Part shown: positions 38,425-49,883 of the stretch, piece after piece
Numbering within the stretch: the first letter of the stretch is position 1
Layout of the letters: each line of letters begins with the position of its first letter
Source: Camelus dromedarius
Lineage: Eukaryota
Assembly: GCF_036321535.1 (NCBI RefSeq)
Contig: NC_087436.1
Coordinates: 79,920,001 to 79,984,000 of the forward strand
Reading direction: 5' to 3'
Length of the DNA: 64,000 nucleotides
Position numbers and translations under genes: made by a program
Notes under the pieces: model-generated
Databases searched by the model: none
What the model was told of the DNA's origin: nothing
Seen by the model: only the letters and a program-made list of their open reading frames with translations

Positions 38425-39297
38425 AGTTTTATTGATATATAATTGACATACAACATTGTGTAAATTTAAGGTGTACAACATAATGAGTTGACTTACATGT
38501 ATTATGCAATGATTACTACAATAAATATAGATATCAAAAAGAAGAAAAAAAAGTTTGTTTTTCCTTGTGATGAGAACTCTTAGGATTTACTCTCTTAACT
38601 TGCATATATACCACACAACGGTGTTAACTACAGTCACCATGCTATACATTACACCCCTAGTACTTATTATTTTTTTGAATCTTGAGGCCATTAAGCTTTT
38701 AAGAAATTTTTTTTAATTGAAGTACAGTCAGTTACAATGTGTCAACTTCTGGTGTACAGCACAATGTCCCAGTCATGCATATACATACATATATTCATTT
38801 TCATATTCTTTTTCATTAAAGGTTATTATAAGATATTGAATATAGTTCCTTGTGCTATACAGAAGAGACTTTTTAAAAATCTATTTTATATATAGTGGCT
38901 AACATTTGCAAATCTCAAACTCCCAAATTTCCCAGCACTTATTTATCTTGCAGTTGGAAGTCTGTACCTTTTGACCACTTTCCTCCACTGCTCCTTTCTC
39001 ACATTCCCTCACTCTCTGTCTCTGGTATCTATAAATGTGATCTCTTTTTCTATGAGTTTGGCTTTTTGTTTGTTTGTTTTAAATTCCACATATAAGTGAG
39101 ATGATACAGCATTTGTCTTTCTCTCTCTGGCTTAATGCTCTCAAGGTCCACCCATATGTCGCAAATGGCAGGATTTCCTTGTTTTTTATGGCTGAATAAT
39201 ATTCTGTTACATATTCCATATTCTGCAACTTCTTTATCCATTCATCTGTTGATGGGCACTTAGGTTGTTTTTATGTCTTAGCTATTATAAATAATCA
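38425..39297 (-). mobile_element. L1MA-like 3' end (antisense) hosting a younger L1
   Basis: tttattgatatataattgacatacaacattgtgtaaatttaaggtgtacaaca...tttatccattcatctgttgatgggcacttaggttg. Confidence 0.9.
38669..38930 (-). mobile_element. Young camelid-type L1 3' end with an extra 3' segment, inside TSDs
   Basis: TSD ccctagtacttatt / cccagcacttatt; L1 terminus aattgaagtacagtcagttacaatg. Confidence 0.85.
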
Positions 39298-39544
39298 TGA
39301 GCCTCATAAGAGAAAGAGTAATTTCTTTTTTGTCCTTGAATTAACACATAATACAGGACTGGTACAATTGAAGTATTTAATATTGAACAAATAATATTGA
39401 AGCATTTTCATGTAAAGAGATCATTTTATTTTAGGAAAATTTTCCACCTCAATCTCCACAAATATTCCCAGACTAGAATCTAGAAGAGACATCATCCCAA
39501 CTCATGGAGTCATCAGATCACAAGTCAGCCTTGGTTACCCTGAG

Positions 39545-39790
39545 ACCTGGTGCTGGACGAGAGCAAGTTAGGGCTCATCAGAAGTCTAACTTCTATCTGA
39601 ATTTTGACTCTGTCACTTTAAATTACTGGCCATGAGAAAGTTACTCAATTCTTTGAGCTTCCATATACTTATCTGTAAAATGGGTAGAGTATTTTGAAGG
39701 ATGATAAGAGCAATTAAATGAAATAATAAAGTTCTTCACATATTACCTAGCTCATAGTAGGAGCTCAGCAAATATTAAATCCTCTTTCAT
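39545..39790 (+). mobile_element. MIR SINE
   Basis: gttactcaattctttgagcttccatatacttatctgtaaaatggg...gctcagcaaatatta. Confidence 0.8.
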
Positions 39791-40532
39791 AAGCAACAAC
39801 CTTCACTACTAAGAAATTCTGTGGTGGGGAGCAGATTGCTAACTAATTCCCTCATCTTTTAAAAAACCAATTGATACAGTTTTGTGGGTCAGGCTATTTG
39901 AAATGAAGAGTACATGTTATATGCCGACTACTTTAACTTTATAATTGGGGGTACTGAACTGGATTTTAATTGTTTGAGAATATGTCTTATATTGGGACTA
40001 TGACTTTCCGATAGAAGGGGCCTCCGAAAAACAGGAACTTGAACAAAACCAGGATTCCATAAATACATAATGGATGACTGAGTAAAAGAATCAATCAATT
40101 AATCAATCATTGTGGCTAATAATGTTAGTAGGAGCACAGAGAAGGAAAATATGAAAGCTCCCTTTCCAATGTCCCAGCTAGAGATACTGTTGGAAAGTAT
40201 AGAAAGTTGAGGAAGATGTTGAAAACAGTTCTTTTCAGTTCATATTTATAATTCTGGTATTATGATCCTGGTCTAGATCCTAGCCAAGGAACTTGGATTG
40301 CATTTGGAATCTTCATGAGCTAATTTGCTCATTTGGGAGTTACCCGCTTATGACTCCATCTACCTCCTAGAAGCTTGCATCCATTAGTGTGGCTCGAACA
40401 GCTAAACTGCCCTGGCTTGAGAGTTAAGAGAGCAGCCTCTGCCACTAGTCAGCTTTGCAAAATTGTGCATTTTATGAACGTTAGATTCTTTGAATTCTTA
40501 CCTTTAAGAAGAGATTGTTAACAATAACTATT

Positions 40533-41426
40533 GCCTCACGCCTGTTAGAATGACCATCATAAAAAAGACAAGAGGCAAGAAATGCTGGCAAGGATGTGGA
40601 GAAAAGGGAATCTTTTCCACTGTCGATGGGATTGTAAACTGGTGTAGCCACTACGGAAAACAGTATGGAAGGTCCTCAAAAAATTAAAAATAGAACTACC
40701 ATATGACCCAGCAATTCCACTCCAGGGAATATAACCAAAAGAAATGATAACACTAACTCGAAAAGATATTTGCACCCACATGTTCATAACAGCAGTAGTT
40801 ACAATAACCAAGACATGAAAACAACCTAAGTGTTCATTGGCAGATGAATGGATAAAGAAGTTGTGGTGTATATACATACAATGCAATATTATTCAGCCAT
40901 AAAAAATGACGAGTTCTTGCCTTTTGTGACAACATGGATGAATCTTGAAGGCATTATGTTAAATGAACTAAGTCAGACAGAGAAAGACAAATACCACATG
41001 ACCTCCCTAATAAGTGTAATCTAAAAAAGCCCAAACTCATTGAAAAAGAGGTCAGATTTGTGGTTACCAGAGGTGAGGAGGGTTGGGGGTGGGGAAGGGG
41101 AGAGAGGAATTGAAAGAAGGTGGTCAAACTTCCAGTTAGAAGATAAATAAACACTAAGGATGTAATGTACAACATACTGACTATAGTTAATACTGTTGTG
41201 TGCTGTACATGAAAGTTGTTAAGAGAGTAAATCCTAAGAGTTCTCATCACAAGGAAAATTGTTTTTCTTTTTTTGCTTTTTCTTTTTATTGTATCTATAT
41301 GAGATGATGATGCTAACTAAACTTACTGCAATAATCATTTCACAAAATATGTCAAGCCATCACACTGTACACTTTATCATGCTGTACAGTGTTGCATGTC
41401 AATTACATCTCAGTAAAACTGGGGAA
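40533..41426 (+). mobile_element. L1MA9-like 3' end
   Basis: ctcacgcctgttagaatgaccatcat...gagagtaaatcctaagagttctcatcacaaggaaaa...tcaattacatctcagtaaaactgg. Confidence 0.9.
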
Positions 41427-41792
41427 GTAATTTTCCAAAGAGATGGTCAGAGTTGACAATTATTAACATCCTTTCTGATTCTAAATTTGGAAGATTATTC
41501 CATAATGATGTTTATTTTTAGGGAGGCTAAAATATTAGGAAACTCAGAAGAGCTGAGCGGAGCTCCCTGGACCTCCACCCCATAGGAAGCCTGGGTCTGT
41601 CGGCGCGGGAGCCGCCAGATCACCATGACACATCCCTTCCCTGCACTGGTCATGGGGTCCCCGCATCCTGGTTGCTGTTTTTAACCCCCAAAGCTCTTTT
41701 GTTTGGTGTCTCACCCTCCTGTTCACCCTGCCTCTTCTTTTTCTCTCCCCTTCCAATTTTTTTCTTTCCCCTGTACCAGTCTTTATTCACAG

Positions 41793-41856
41793 GTCTGTGG
41801 ATAAAACTGCTTCACAATTCTCTTTGCTCCTCTGGGTCAGGATCTCCAGCCTGAAG
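41793..41856 (+). other. Candidate non-coding exon (alternative acceptor at 41780)
   Basis: ~70-nt pyrimidine tract, ttcacag acceptor, AAG|gtgaga donor. Confidence 0.3.
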
Positions 41857-41965
41857 GTGAGATTTAGACTGTCCCCTGGATCTGTCTTTCTTTTCCAAGC
41901 TGCTAACAGAAACAAAAACAGGCAAGAGCTGGAGCCAGGGCTGTGTAATGAAGGTGGGATACCAA

Positions 41966-42199
41966 GGCGGGAAGTGATAAATTGGGATTTTGGGATTTGC
42001 AGATATTAACTACTATATATAAAACAAATTAACATCAAGGTCCCACTGTACAGCACAGGAAACTATGTTTAATACCTTGTAATGGCCTATAATGAGAAAG
42101 AATATGAAAAGTAATATATATGTATGTATAACTGAGTCACTATGCTGTATACCAGAAATTAACACATTATAAACCAACTATACTTCAATTAAAAAAAAA
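41966..42199 (+). mobile_element. Cetartiodactyl/camelid L1 3' end
   Basis: gataaattgggattttgggatttgcagata...tgtacagcacaggaaactat...tatacttcaattaaaa; TSD ataccaa. Confidence 0.9.
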
Positions 42200-44094
42200 T
42201 ACCAATTTCCTTACCTCCAAAAAATAATAATAAACCCACAACAATTAGCCCTGAATATAGATGTATTCTGGAGTGTTCTCGGAAGCTGAATGCCATACTG
42301 TCTGTGTGTTGGGAAATATTCTGAACTCTCAGCGGGGAGGCAGCCCTGCAGCTCCAGTGCTAAAGAAGGGGACTGCCAATGATAAAAAACAAATCTTCAA
42401 AACGTAGAGCAGTGAGAAAAAGTCTCTAGCTGTCCTGTGCCGGGAAGCACAGATGTCTAAATATACAAACATCCTACTCTTAGGGGATAAATATTAGTCA
42501 AAAGGATCTCTCCTTGTCTCAAAAACTGATCCACGTTGCTAGAATATTGTGGAGAGCTGGTTGAGAAGACAAGAATGCTCTTAGAGATGAAAACAGATGT
42601 TAATTTTTCCTCTTTTTTCTGGAATTCAGTCAAGCAATCTCTTAGGTGCATGCTTTCTAGAATTTCTCCGTATTTTAAGAATTCAGTCTCCCATTCATCT
42701 CTTTATTTTAGCTTCTTCCTGAGAGAAAAGAACAAGTTGGAAGGGACTCAGCCCCTAATACAATGTCTGGCAAGTAGCAAGTGCTTCATAAATGCCCATT
42801 GAATTAGGTGTTTGATGAAGTCAGGAAAGTTAACTTGTTTATTTTACCAGAAAAGAAAAAGAAAAAAAAAATCCAAGAGAAGCTCTTTACCTATGAAACA
42901 GTACTGTCAGGAAGCCCAAAGTGGGAATAAAAGCTTGATAAGTCTGTAGAAAAGCCCTCTGACTCAAAGGGGACCTTTCCTTGAAAAAGAATGAAATAAT
43001 AATTTGAGTAGAGGCTGGAGGAGGCAAAAGGGCAGCTCTGTTTCTCACAGTCACTTGAGAGGCAGGGTCCGTCCAGCTTGGGCAATGCCCCGGCCACCAC
43101 CACAGTGCTGGGCTGGTGCGACAAGTACCAGGGACACTGCCTGTCATTTTCACTGATAATTATAAGTCATAGCCTTTATTCCACCATAAACTCCACCCCG
43201 TGGAAGCAAGTCTTCGCCCACCCTGTGCAGCAAGGATGTCGAAGGCTCATTATTTCTGCTCAGTCAGCTTCAGCCAATGTGTAAATATTGAAGCAAGTCT
43301 AAGGAGCCAAGGAAAGGAATGATGATTACTCCATTAATACTAATGAGTGGAGTGGAGCTGGGAATGTGTTTAGCTAACGTTGCCACTGAAGCAGATGACT
43401 TAAAAAGGAGAGAAAAGCCACAGGATGATTATTGATTTAAAAAAAAATGACCAAGACATAAAATCCACATGAGGTAAGAATTAAAGAGAGAAAGAAAGAT
43501 TATGGTCGTAGGAAATCTGTGTGTGTGTTTTATGCTCAGTTCACTCAAAAGACTCTGTGTGGACTCCGGTAGGCTAATACTACATACCAATGTGAACGAT
43601 CCACAAGCAACTTTTTGTTTTCCTCCCCCTCATTTACAGCTTTTCTTGGTACATAAAACAGCTGTATACAGATCAATAGCAAATGCAGACTTATCAGTAC
43701 ATCCCCTGACTTCTACTGAATGGATGCCGAAGGATCCAGAAGGGAGTCTGGAAGGGTGGAGTTGGAGGAAAGGGAACCTAGGAGAGAATATAATGACAGC
43801 CATGTGAACTTATGAAAGTCATTTTTCCCTTGCACCTCATTCAACGTTGTAACACCATCCTTATCAAACCCACCCCACACTCAAACAAAAAGCCATTTAT
43901 TTGGGAGTGGACATGGTGCTTATTTACTTTGAGGGGTCCGCTCCGTATTCAGTGGTTGCAATACCCCTTCACATCCCGCAGTTTGGAATGCTGGCACTTC
44001 AAAAGAAACTAAATTTCTTGCGACAGTATTTAAGACTATACCCTAAGTTTTGGGGTTTTTTTTAAGTAAATATAACCCCCAGATTCTGCCTGAG

Positions 44095-44445
44095 CTTTAG
44101 AGAGGTTTTGCCGGCGGGATTTCCTTTTCCTCTATGGAGCATTGCGGGCTTTCTGAGCCTGGCCTGAGCTCTGCTGCGGGCGTTCCAAGCCCGTCAGCTG
44201 TCGGCGTCCCCAAGGTCCAGGCGCTTGAAGCAGACACACAGCGCTCTACCAGCGGGAGGCGGCAGCCGCGCTTCTCTCTGCGGACACAGGGAGGCAGTGC
44301 GGGAAAGCCCGGCTCCCGCAAGCCGGAGGCCTTCAGAACGCCGCTGCCAGCTGAACTACCTTTCCCACTGTTCAAGTCCTAAGGGCTCCTCGGTTGCTTG
44401 TTTAACTTTTATAAAATTAAGAATTTTCAACGAAAAAGGTCAGGC
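44095..44445 (+). promoter_or_regulatory. Small CpG island / putative promoter or enhancer with Rel/NF-kB-like sites
   Basis: Abrupt GC/CpG enrichment in non-repeat sequence; CGGGATTTCC (44115), GGAAAGCCCG (44302); donor-like AAG|gtcagg at 44438. Confidence 0.5.
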
Positions 44446-44639
44446 AGCCTGACCAATGAGACAAAAAAAATTTTTTTTTCTTAATGATTGTGTGTTCGGG
44501 GATCATGACACTGTAAAAGACAGCAAAAGTGGCAATTATTTAAAGCAGTTTTATAATTGATAATAGAGCCTGTATCCAACATCCAACACCCAGCAGTCAC
44601 ATACCTAGAGTTTCCCGGCGAATCCTGTCCTCCCGAGAG

Positions 44640-44870
44640 GATGTACGAAGCACTTGAAAATACACAATCTCACTGAATCCTTCCACTGGTACTTGAGATT
44701 ACAATGATGATGGACTTGTTTCCATTTCATGGGGAAGGAAACTGAGGTTAGAGACTTTGAGAAGCTCACATGGTGACTAGTCAGCAGTAGGCTGTTGAGC
44801 AGTAAGTCAGGACTTCAACCTCCGTCATCTGAGTCCATGCCAACCGTCATTCACTTTACCTCACTCGCTC
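44640..44870 (-). mobile_element. MIR SINE
   Basis: ccatttcatggggaaggaaactgaggttagaga. Confidence 0.75.
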
Positions 44871-45019
44871 AGATTTACACAGACATCAGTGATCTCCAAG
44901 GCTGCAGCTCACAACATCCTTAAAAGATAGTACACTAGGCAATACTGTCTTTTTTTTAAAAAATTTTTTAGTCCAATGTAAGAAAGAGGACATCAAGTTA
45001 AAGCCTCATCACCATCATC

Positions 45020-45930
45020 TTTCCTAAAGTGTAATCCCCATCTCGCACTCAAGGACTCAAACTGAACCTTCCTCCTCAGTTTTCCTTCCCTAACTCTTGT
45101 AAGAAACCAGACTTTTGCTCTCATTCTGCGTTCTGTCCTCTCATTCCCACGGTTCAAGCGAGCTTTCAGAACAGGTGAACTTCTCCTCTGTGGGAACTCC
45201 CCAATCTGCCCCTTCTCTTTTTTCCCACTCTGATTGCCAGAGATCTCGGTTCCTTTCCTAGAGCCAGAAGTTTCTAAACACCGCCCTTACTTCTGCTTCT
45301 TCCCTGTTGTAATCCCTCCTAAGTGGCACTTTGAGACAAACCAACCTCAGCCACACTCGAATTAAATCACTGCCCAGCTTGAAAAGTTTTAAGGGCTCCC
45401 CTTTGCTTCTTCAAACAATAGACAAATTCTTTCTCCCGGCGGTTACAAACCCCACACAATCTGACTTGACCTCACTTTCTAAACGCAGCCCTTTCAGTCA
45501 TGACAGCCTTGCCCCTTCCAGCTGCTCCCCACGTGAGCTGTGCACCGTCTGCAATATTGGCTTGTTTATAGCAATGGCCCTTTCTCACCACACTTGCACC
45601 TCCAAATTCTACATTCATCAGAAGCGAAGTCACACACTGGGTCCATTAAGAACCCTTCCCAGATTCACCCAGAGACAAGTCATTTTTCTCCTTGAAACGC
45701 CTATATAGTTCAATGCAAATTCTTTAAAAAAATAGATTAATTATAAATTGTACATAAATGAAAAAACTTCCAGAGCACTTCTCTTTCAGTCATCTCTGAA
45801 TTAACAGTTACTGGTATAGGCATTAATCTTCTCTCCTAGGATATAAGTATACAAGGGCAGGGACTAGAAGTCACAACAGCCTCAGAACAGCTTTCACATA
45901 TTTGATGCTTAGTAAGTAAGTGGATTGATG
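45020..45930 (+). mobile_element. L2 fragment
   Basis: Pyrimidine-rich L2 body; 3' end ctaggatataagtatacaagggcagggact...tgcttagtaagtaagtggattgatgg. Confidence 0.7.
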
Positions 45931-46054
45931 GAGAAAGGGTTGTGGTTAAGTCAAAACAGAACTTTCCCATTTACCTCCCTATGCAATGTATATATATATT
46001 ATATATACATATTTTATATATATATATATAATTTAGTTGGATATTCTATCAGTA

Positions 46055-46920
46055 AATAAATTAATTTTCCATATTTACTGATCACATAATATATGTCAGG
46101 CATTATACCAGGTGGTGCAGTAAATGAAACAGACATGTTCCAAAGTACTACGGGAGAAAAGTAATAAACAAATTATTAATTTTTGCAAACAGTGATGGAA
46201 CTATAAAAACCCACAAAGGGGGTGAAGCGCTTGAGGAGGAGAGGCTGTGAAGGAAACCTATTCAGGTGGGGGTCCAAGGAAGGTTTCTCAAAGAACAAAT
46301 GAGACTAGAAGGGTGAGAAGCCAATCATTCAAAGACCAGGAGGAAGTTCATTCCAAGCAGAGGAAATCGCAGGAATAAAAGCTGAGAATTAGGGGAAAGC
46401 ATGGTGTTTTCTTAGGAACTGAAGGAAGACCGACACAGCTGGATTATAAGGAATGAATGGGAGGGTTGACGGAGACTGGGTTGGAGAGGGAGGCCAGAAC
46501 CAGACCCGATGGATCTTGTAGACCCTGGTAAGGAAGGGGATTTTCTGTGAAGTCTCTGGGAATCCATTGCAAGGTTTAAGCAGTAGCATATTATGATCCA
46601 TTTGTGCTTTTAGATCACTCTGGCTGTTGTGAAGAGAACAGATTAAAGCAAGGCAAGAGTAAAAGCAGAGATGCTGGTAGGGGGGACTCTGCAGCGGTCC
46701 CCACAGGATGTGATGTGACTTAAGCCTCCACAGCCCTGGTGCTGATGTGGAACGGAGGACAGATCCAAGACAACGGCCATCTGCTTGTTAAATACGGAGT
46801 ATGAGGGAAAGAAAATCAAGGGCAGTGCCCAGGTCCTAGCTTAGCAATTGGGTAATTACCGTTACCATTTACTAAGATAAGAAAGAAAGGAATAGGTTTG
46901 AAGGAAAAGAAATCCATTAG
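46055..46920 (-). mobile_element. L2 fragment, antisense
   Basis: catatttactgatcacataatatatgtcaggcatt...ttccaagcagaggaaa...ttttagatcactctggctgttgtg. Confidence 0.85.
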
Positions 46921-49432
46921 CTGAACCTTTAAAGCTATCTTAAGTTACAATCACTCATGTGATGAATATTTGCTACATGTTTTTGAACAGACATTGTGCA
47001 CCTGACACTGCATTAGATGCTACAGTAATAGAAGAGTCAGAATCGCAGTCCGTATAGCTCCTACCATCTGGAGAAGAACACGAATATCATTTAAAATTTT
47101 TTTGAAGTCAAATGGTTCATAGGATGGTGTGCAGGCATGCAGACTTTGTTGTTGGAGATTTCATATAACCAATGTCATATTACCTTTAAAGACTCTTTTT
47201 CTTGGATGCTTTGTTCAGATTTGAAATACAAAATTGACTTACCATTTTGCAAATGAGCCCTAGGAATTCATGAAAGTAGAAGTCCAAACCAAACACATAG
47301 TAACTTTGGGAACAGCTGCTCACAGTTTGCTTTCACTATGACTTCTAGCATCCCCTGACCCAAACCCACAGCATCCTGCATAGACAAGCATGGTTGGAGC
47401 ATGGTCTGACATCACTGTACCCGGTCGCTGCTTCCTTGACTAAGCTTCTCACAACGGGTGCTTTGTGTTTCTGAAGTGACCGCTTTAAAGGAAAGAATGA
47501 GATTACACAAAGTCATCCAACAACCTTATCAAGAAATGTGTCACACACACAAAAATTTCAAATTGGGGAACTACTTACAGTTAAATCCTGCTTTTCAGTC
47601 TGAATGGAATGCAGGTCCTGAAAATTTTCTCCATATGTCCCATAGTTTATAATCAAATCATTCAAGAGAATTACCCATATAAGCTTAAAATGTTGCTTCT
47701 CATATTGCCTCTTTTTAATGTTTTATCTAAATCTTCTCCAGCATATTTACAATAAATTATACAACCAGATACATTGCACATTCATTAACTGACCATGTGT
47801 GGAAAACTCAGACACTGAGCCCAAGTTAATAAAATACTCATAAATTAAAATTTGGCCACAGGATTTTTTTTTCAGAATTGACTGACAATTTATTGATAGC
47901 TCCCTTAAAATTCCTGACTATGCCAGCTTAAAGTATCATATCGTTAATGTGATCATATTTTGCTGATTTTCTGCAGACGCTTGTGCTGGCTTAGTCTCCA
48001 ACTGCTTTTACTGCTCACTGAGGCCAGCCAAGAAGCACTGAGCATACGCATGGACTAAATCACCGTACTTCTCCTCTGGTAACATCAAATATATACAGCA
48101 GTCATCTGTCTCCTTTGATCTTCAGCTAGCACAAACCCTTTCTCACTGAGTTGTCCTCCATGGTTTGTTTTTGATGTTTAAACAGTTTGGACATCTCAAA
48201 AATGGAGTGACATTGACATCGAGATAAGGTGCCAATCAATTTATTAAGTGATTTTGTACAAAAATGGCAAACTCCACATGACCCTGGAGCATGACTGATT
48301 CACCCAGCAGGAAGCGTGAAGAAAGCCATCCATCTGTTCTTGTCCCTCTTCGCTGAGGACACGAACCTAAAGCTCTTCTCTGGGGTTGGAGCTATCAAAA
48401 CTCAATAGAAATGATAAGTTTTTTAATGTTTAAAATTTTAATTAATAGGCGTTAGTAATATTTCTTATTTCTACATTTCTTTTTTTAGTTGAATTATGGA
48501 TATAGTGTCCCCTCATGAGGACATGTTCCCTGTCATTACAAGGGACAATCTGTTCTTCTAAGATGAGATTTCAATTTTTTTTTTTAAGTGTGGAAAATTT
48601 TATTAACATTAAGTTTAAAAAGCTTTACACCCGTGGTACACCAAGAGAAAGGGGCTCTTAACAAGTGCCTCCTTAGGGTCTAGTCTCTGGTTTAGAAGTT
48701 TCAGTTAGAAGTTGGCAAACCAAACTTATCACAATTACACTAAATAATTTCCAAAAAGGGAGAAATGAGGTATAAAATGCAAATATGTTTCATTTATCTC
48801 AACACAATGCATCCTGGGTAGCCTAGCGATAAACCCAGCCTAAGACTGCTGAATGTTTTCAAAGCAAAGTACATAATGTCTATGTAAATAAGAACTATGG
48901 TTCCCTTTATTTCTTATTCTATGTGAATGCCAAAACAATAGATTATTTTGAAATAATGTAACAAAAAATTAATATGACCTTTAGAAATCATTGTTTCTAA
49001 TAAAATAGCTAACTCTCAGAATGAATTGGCCTGTCTCCCAAGACCAATTTTACACAAGGTAGACTCAATCATCCGTGTGTAGTAGGACCAAGGAGCAAGT
49101 ACAATTTAAAGCAGTTGCCTACTGGCCAAACACAGCAAAAAACACTATGGACCCACTGACAGTTTAGTTAGACTGCCACGTTTAAGGGATAGATCAGAAA
49201 GAGAAATTACTAAACACAAAGAATGATCAGGGAAATAGTTGGAGAATATTATATAATAAAAGTCAATTAAGGTAGGAACTACAAGATGGCAGAGTCCAAG
49301 AAATGATAAGAATAATTCAATTATTATTGACCTCTATGCCCAGACAATATAGATTATTCCAGTTCCCAAGAAGGGAGGTTTCTGGACCTGAAAACATCCC
49401 TTTACCGTCTTCCAGGCTGCACACAACCCTCT

Positions 49433-49883
49433 TTTATGGGTTATATTGTTTATTTAATATATCTGTTTAAGTCCTAACCCCTAGTACCTCAAATGTGACC
49501 TTATTTGGAAACAGGGCCTTTATAGGGGTAATCAAGTTAAAATGAGGTCATTTGGGTAAGTCCTAATTGAATATGACTGGTGTCTTTATAAAAAGGGGAA
49601 ATGTGGATACAAAGGCAGCCGATGTGAAGACGCACAGGGAGAAGATGGCCGTGCGACTGGAGGGACGCGTCTGCAAGCCGAGGAGCGAGGACTGCTGCGA
49701 GACACGGGAAGCTGGAAGAGGCAAGGAAGCCAAGTTCCCTGCAGCCGCCGGGGCGAGCAGGGCCCTCTGCCACCTTGGCTTTGGACTTCGGGCCTCCAGC
49801 ACTGTGAGACAATAGGGTTCTGCTATTTTAAGCCACTTGGTTTTTGATACTTTGTTATGGAAGCTTTAGAAAACTAATTAACA
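49433..49883 (+). mobile_element. MLT1C-like MaLR solo LTR with CpG-rich core
   Basis: gtcctaacccctagtacctcaaatgtgaccttatttggaaacaggg...gaagctggaagaggcaaggaag...ttttaagccac...aaactaattaaca. Confidence 0.9.
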
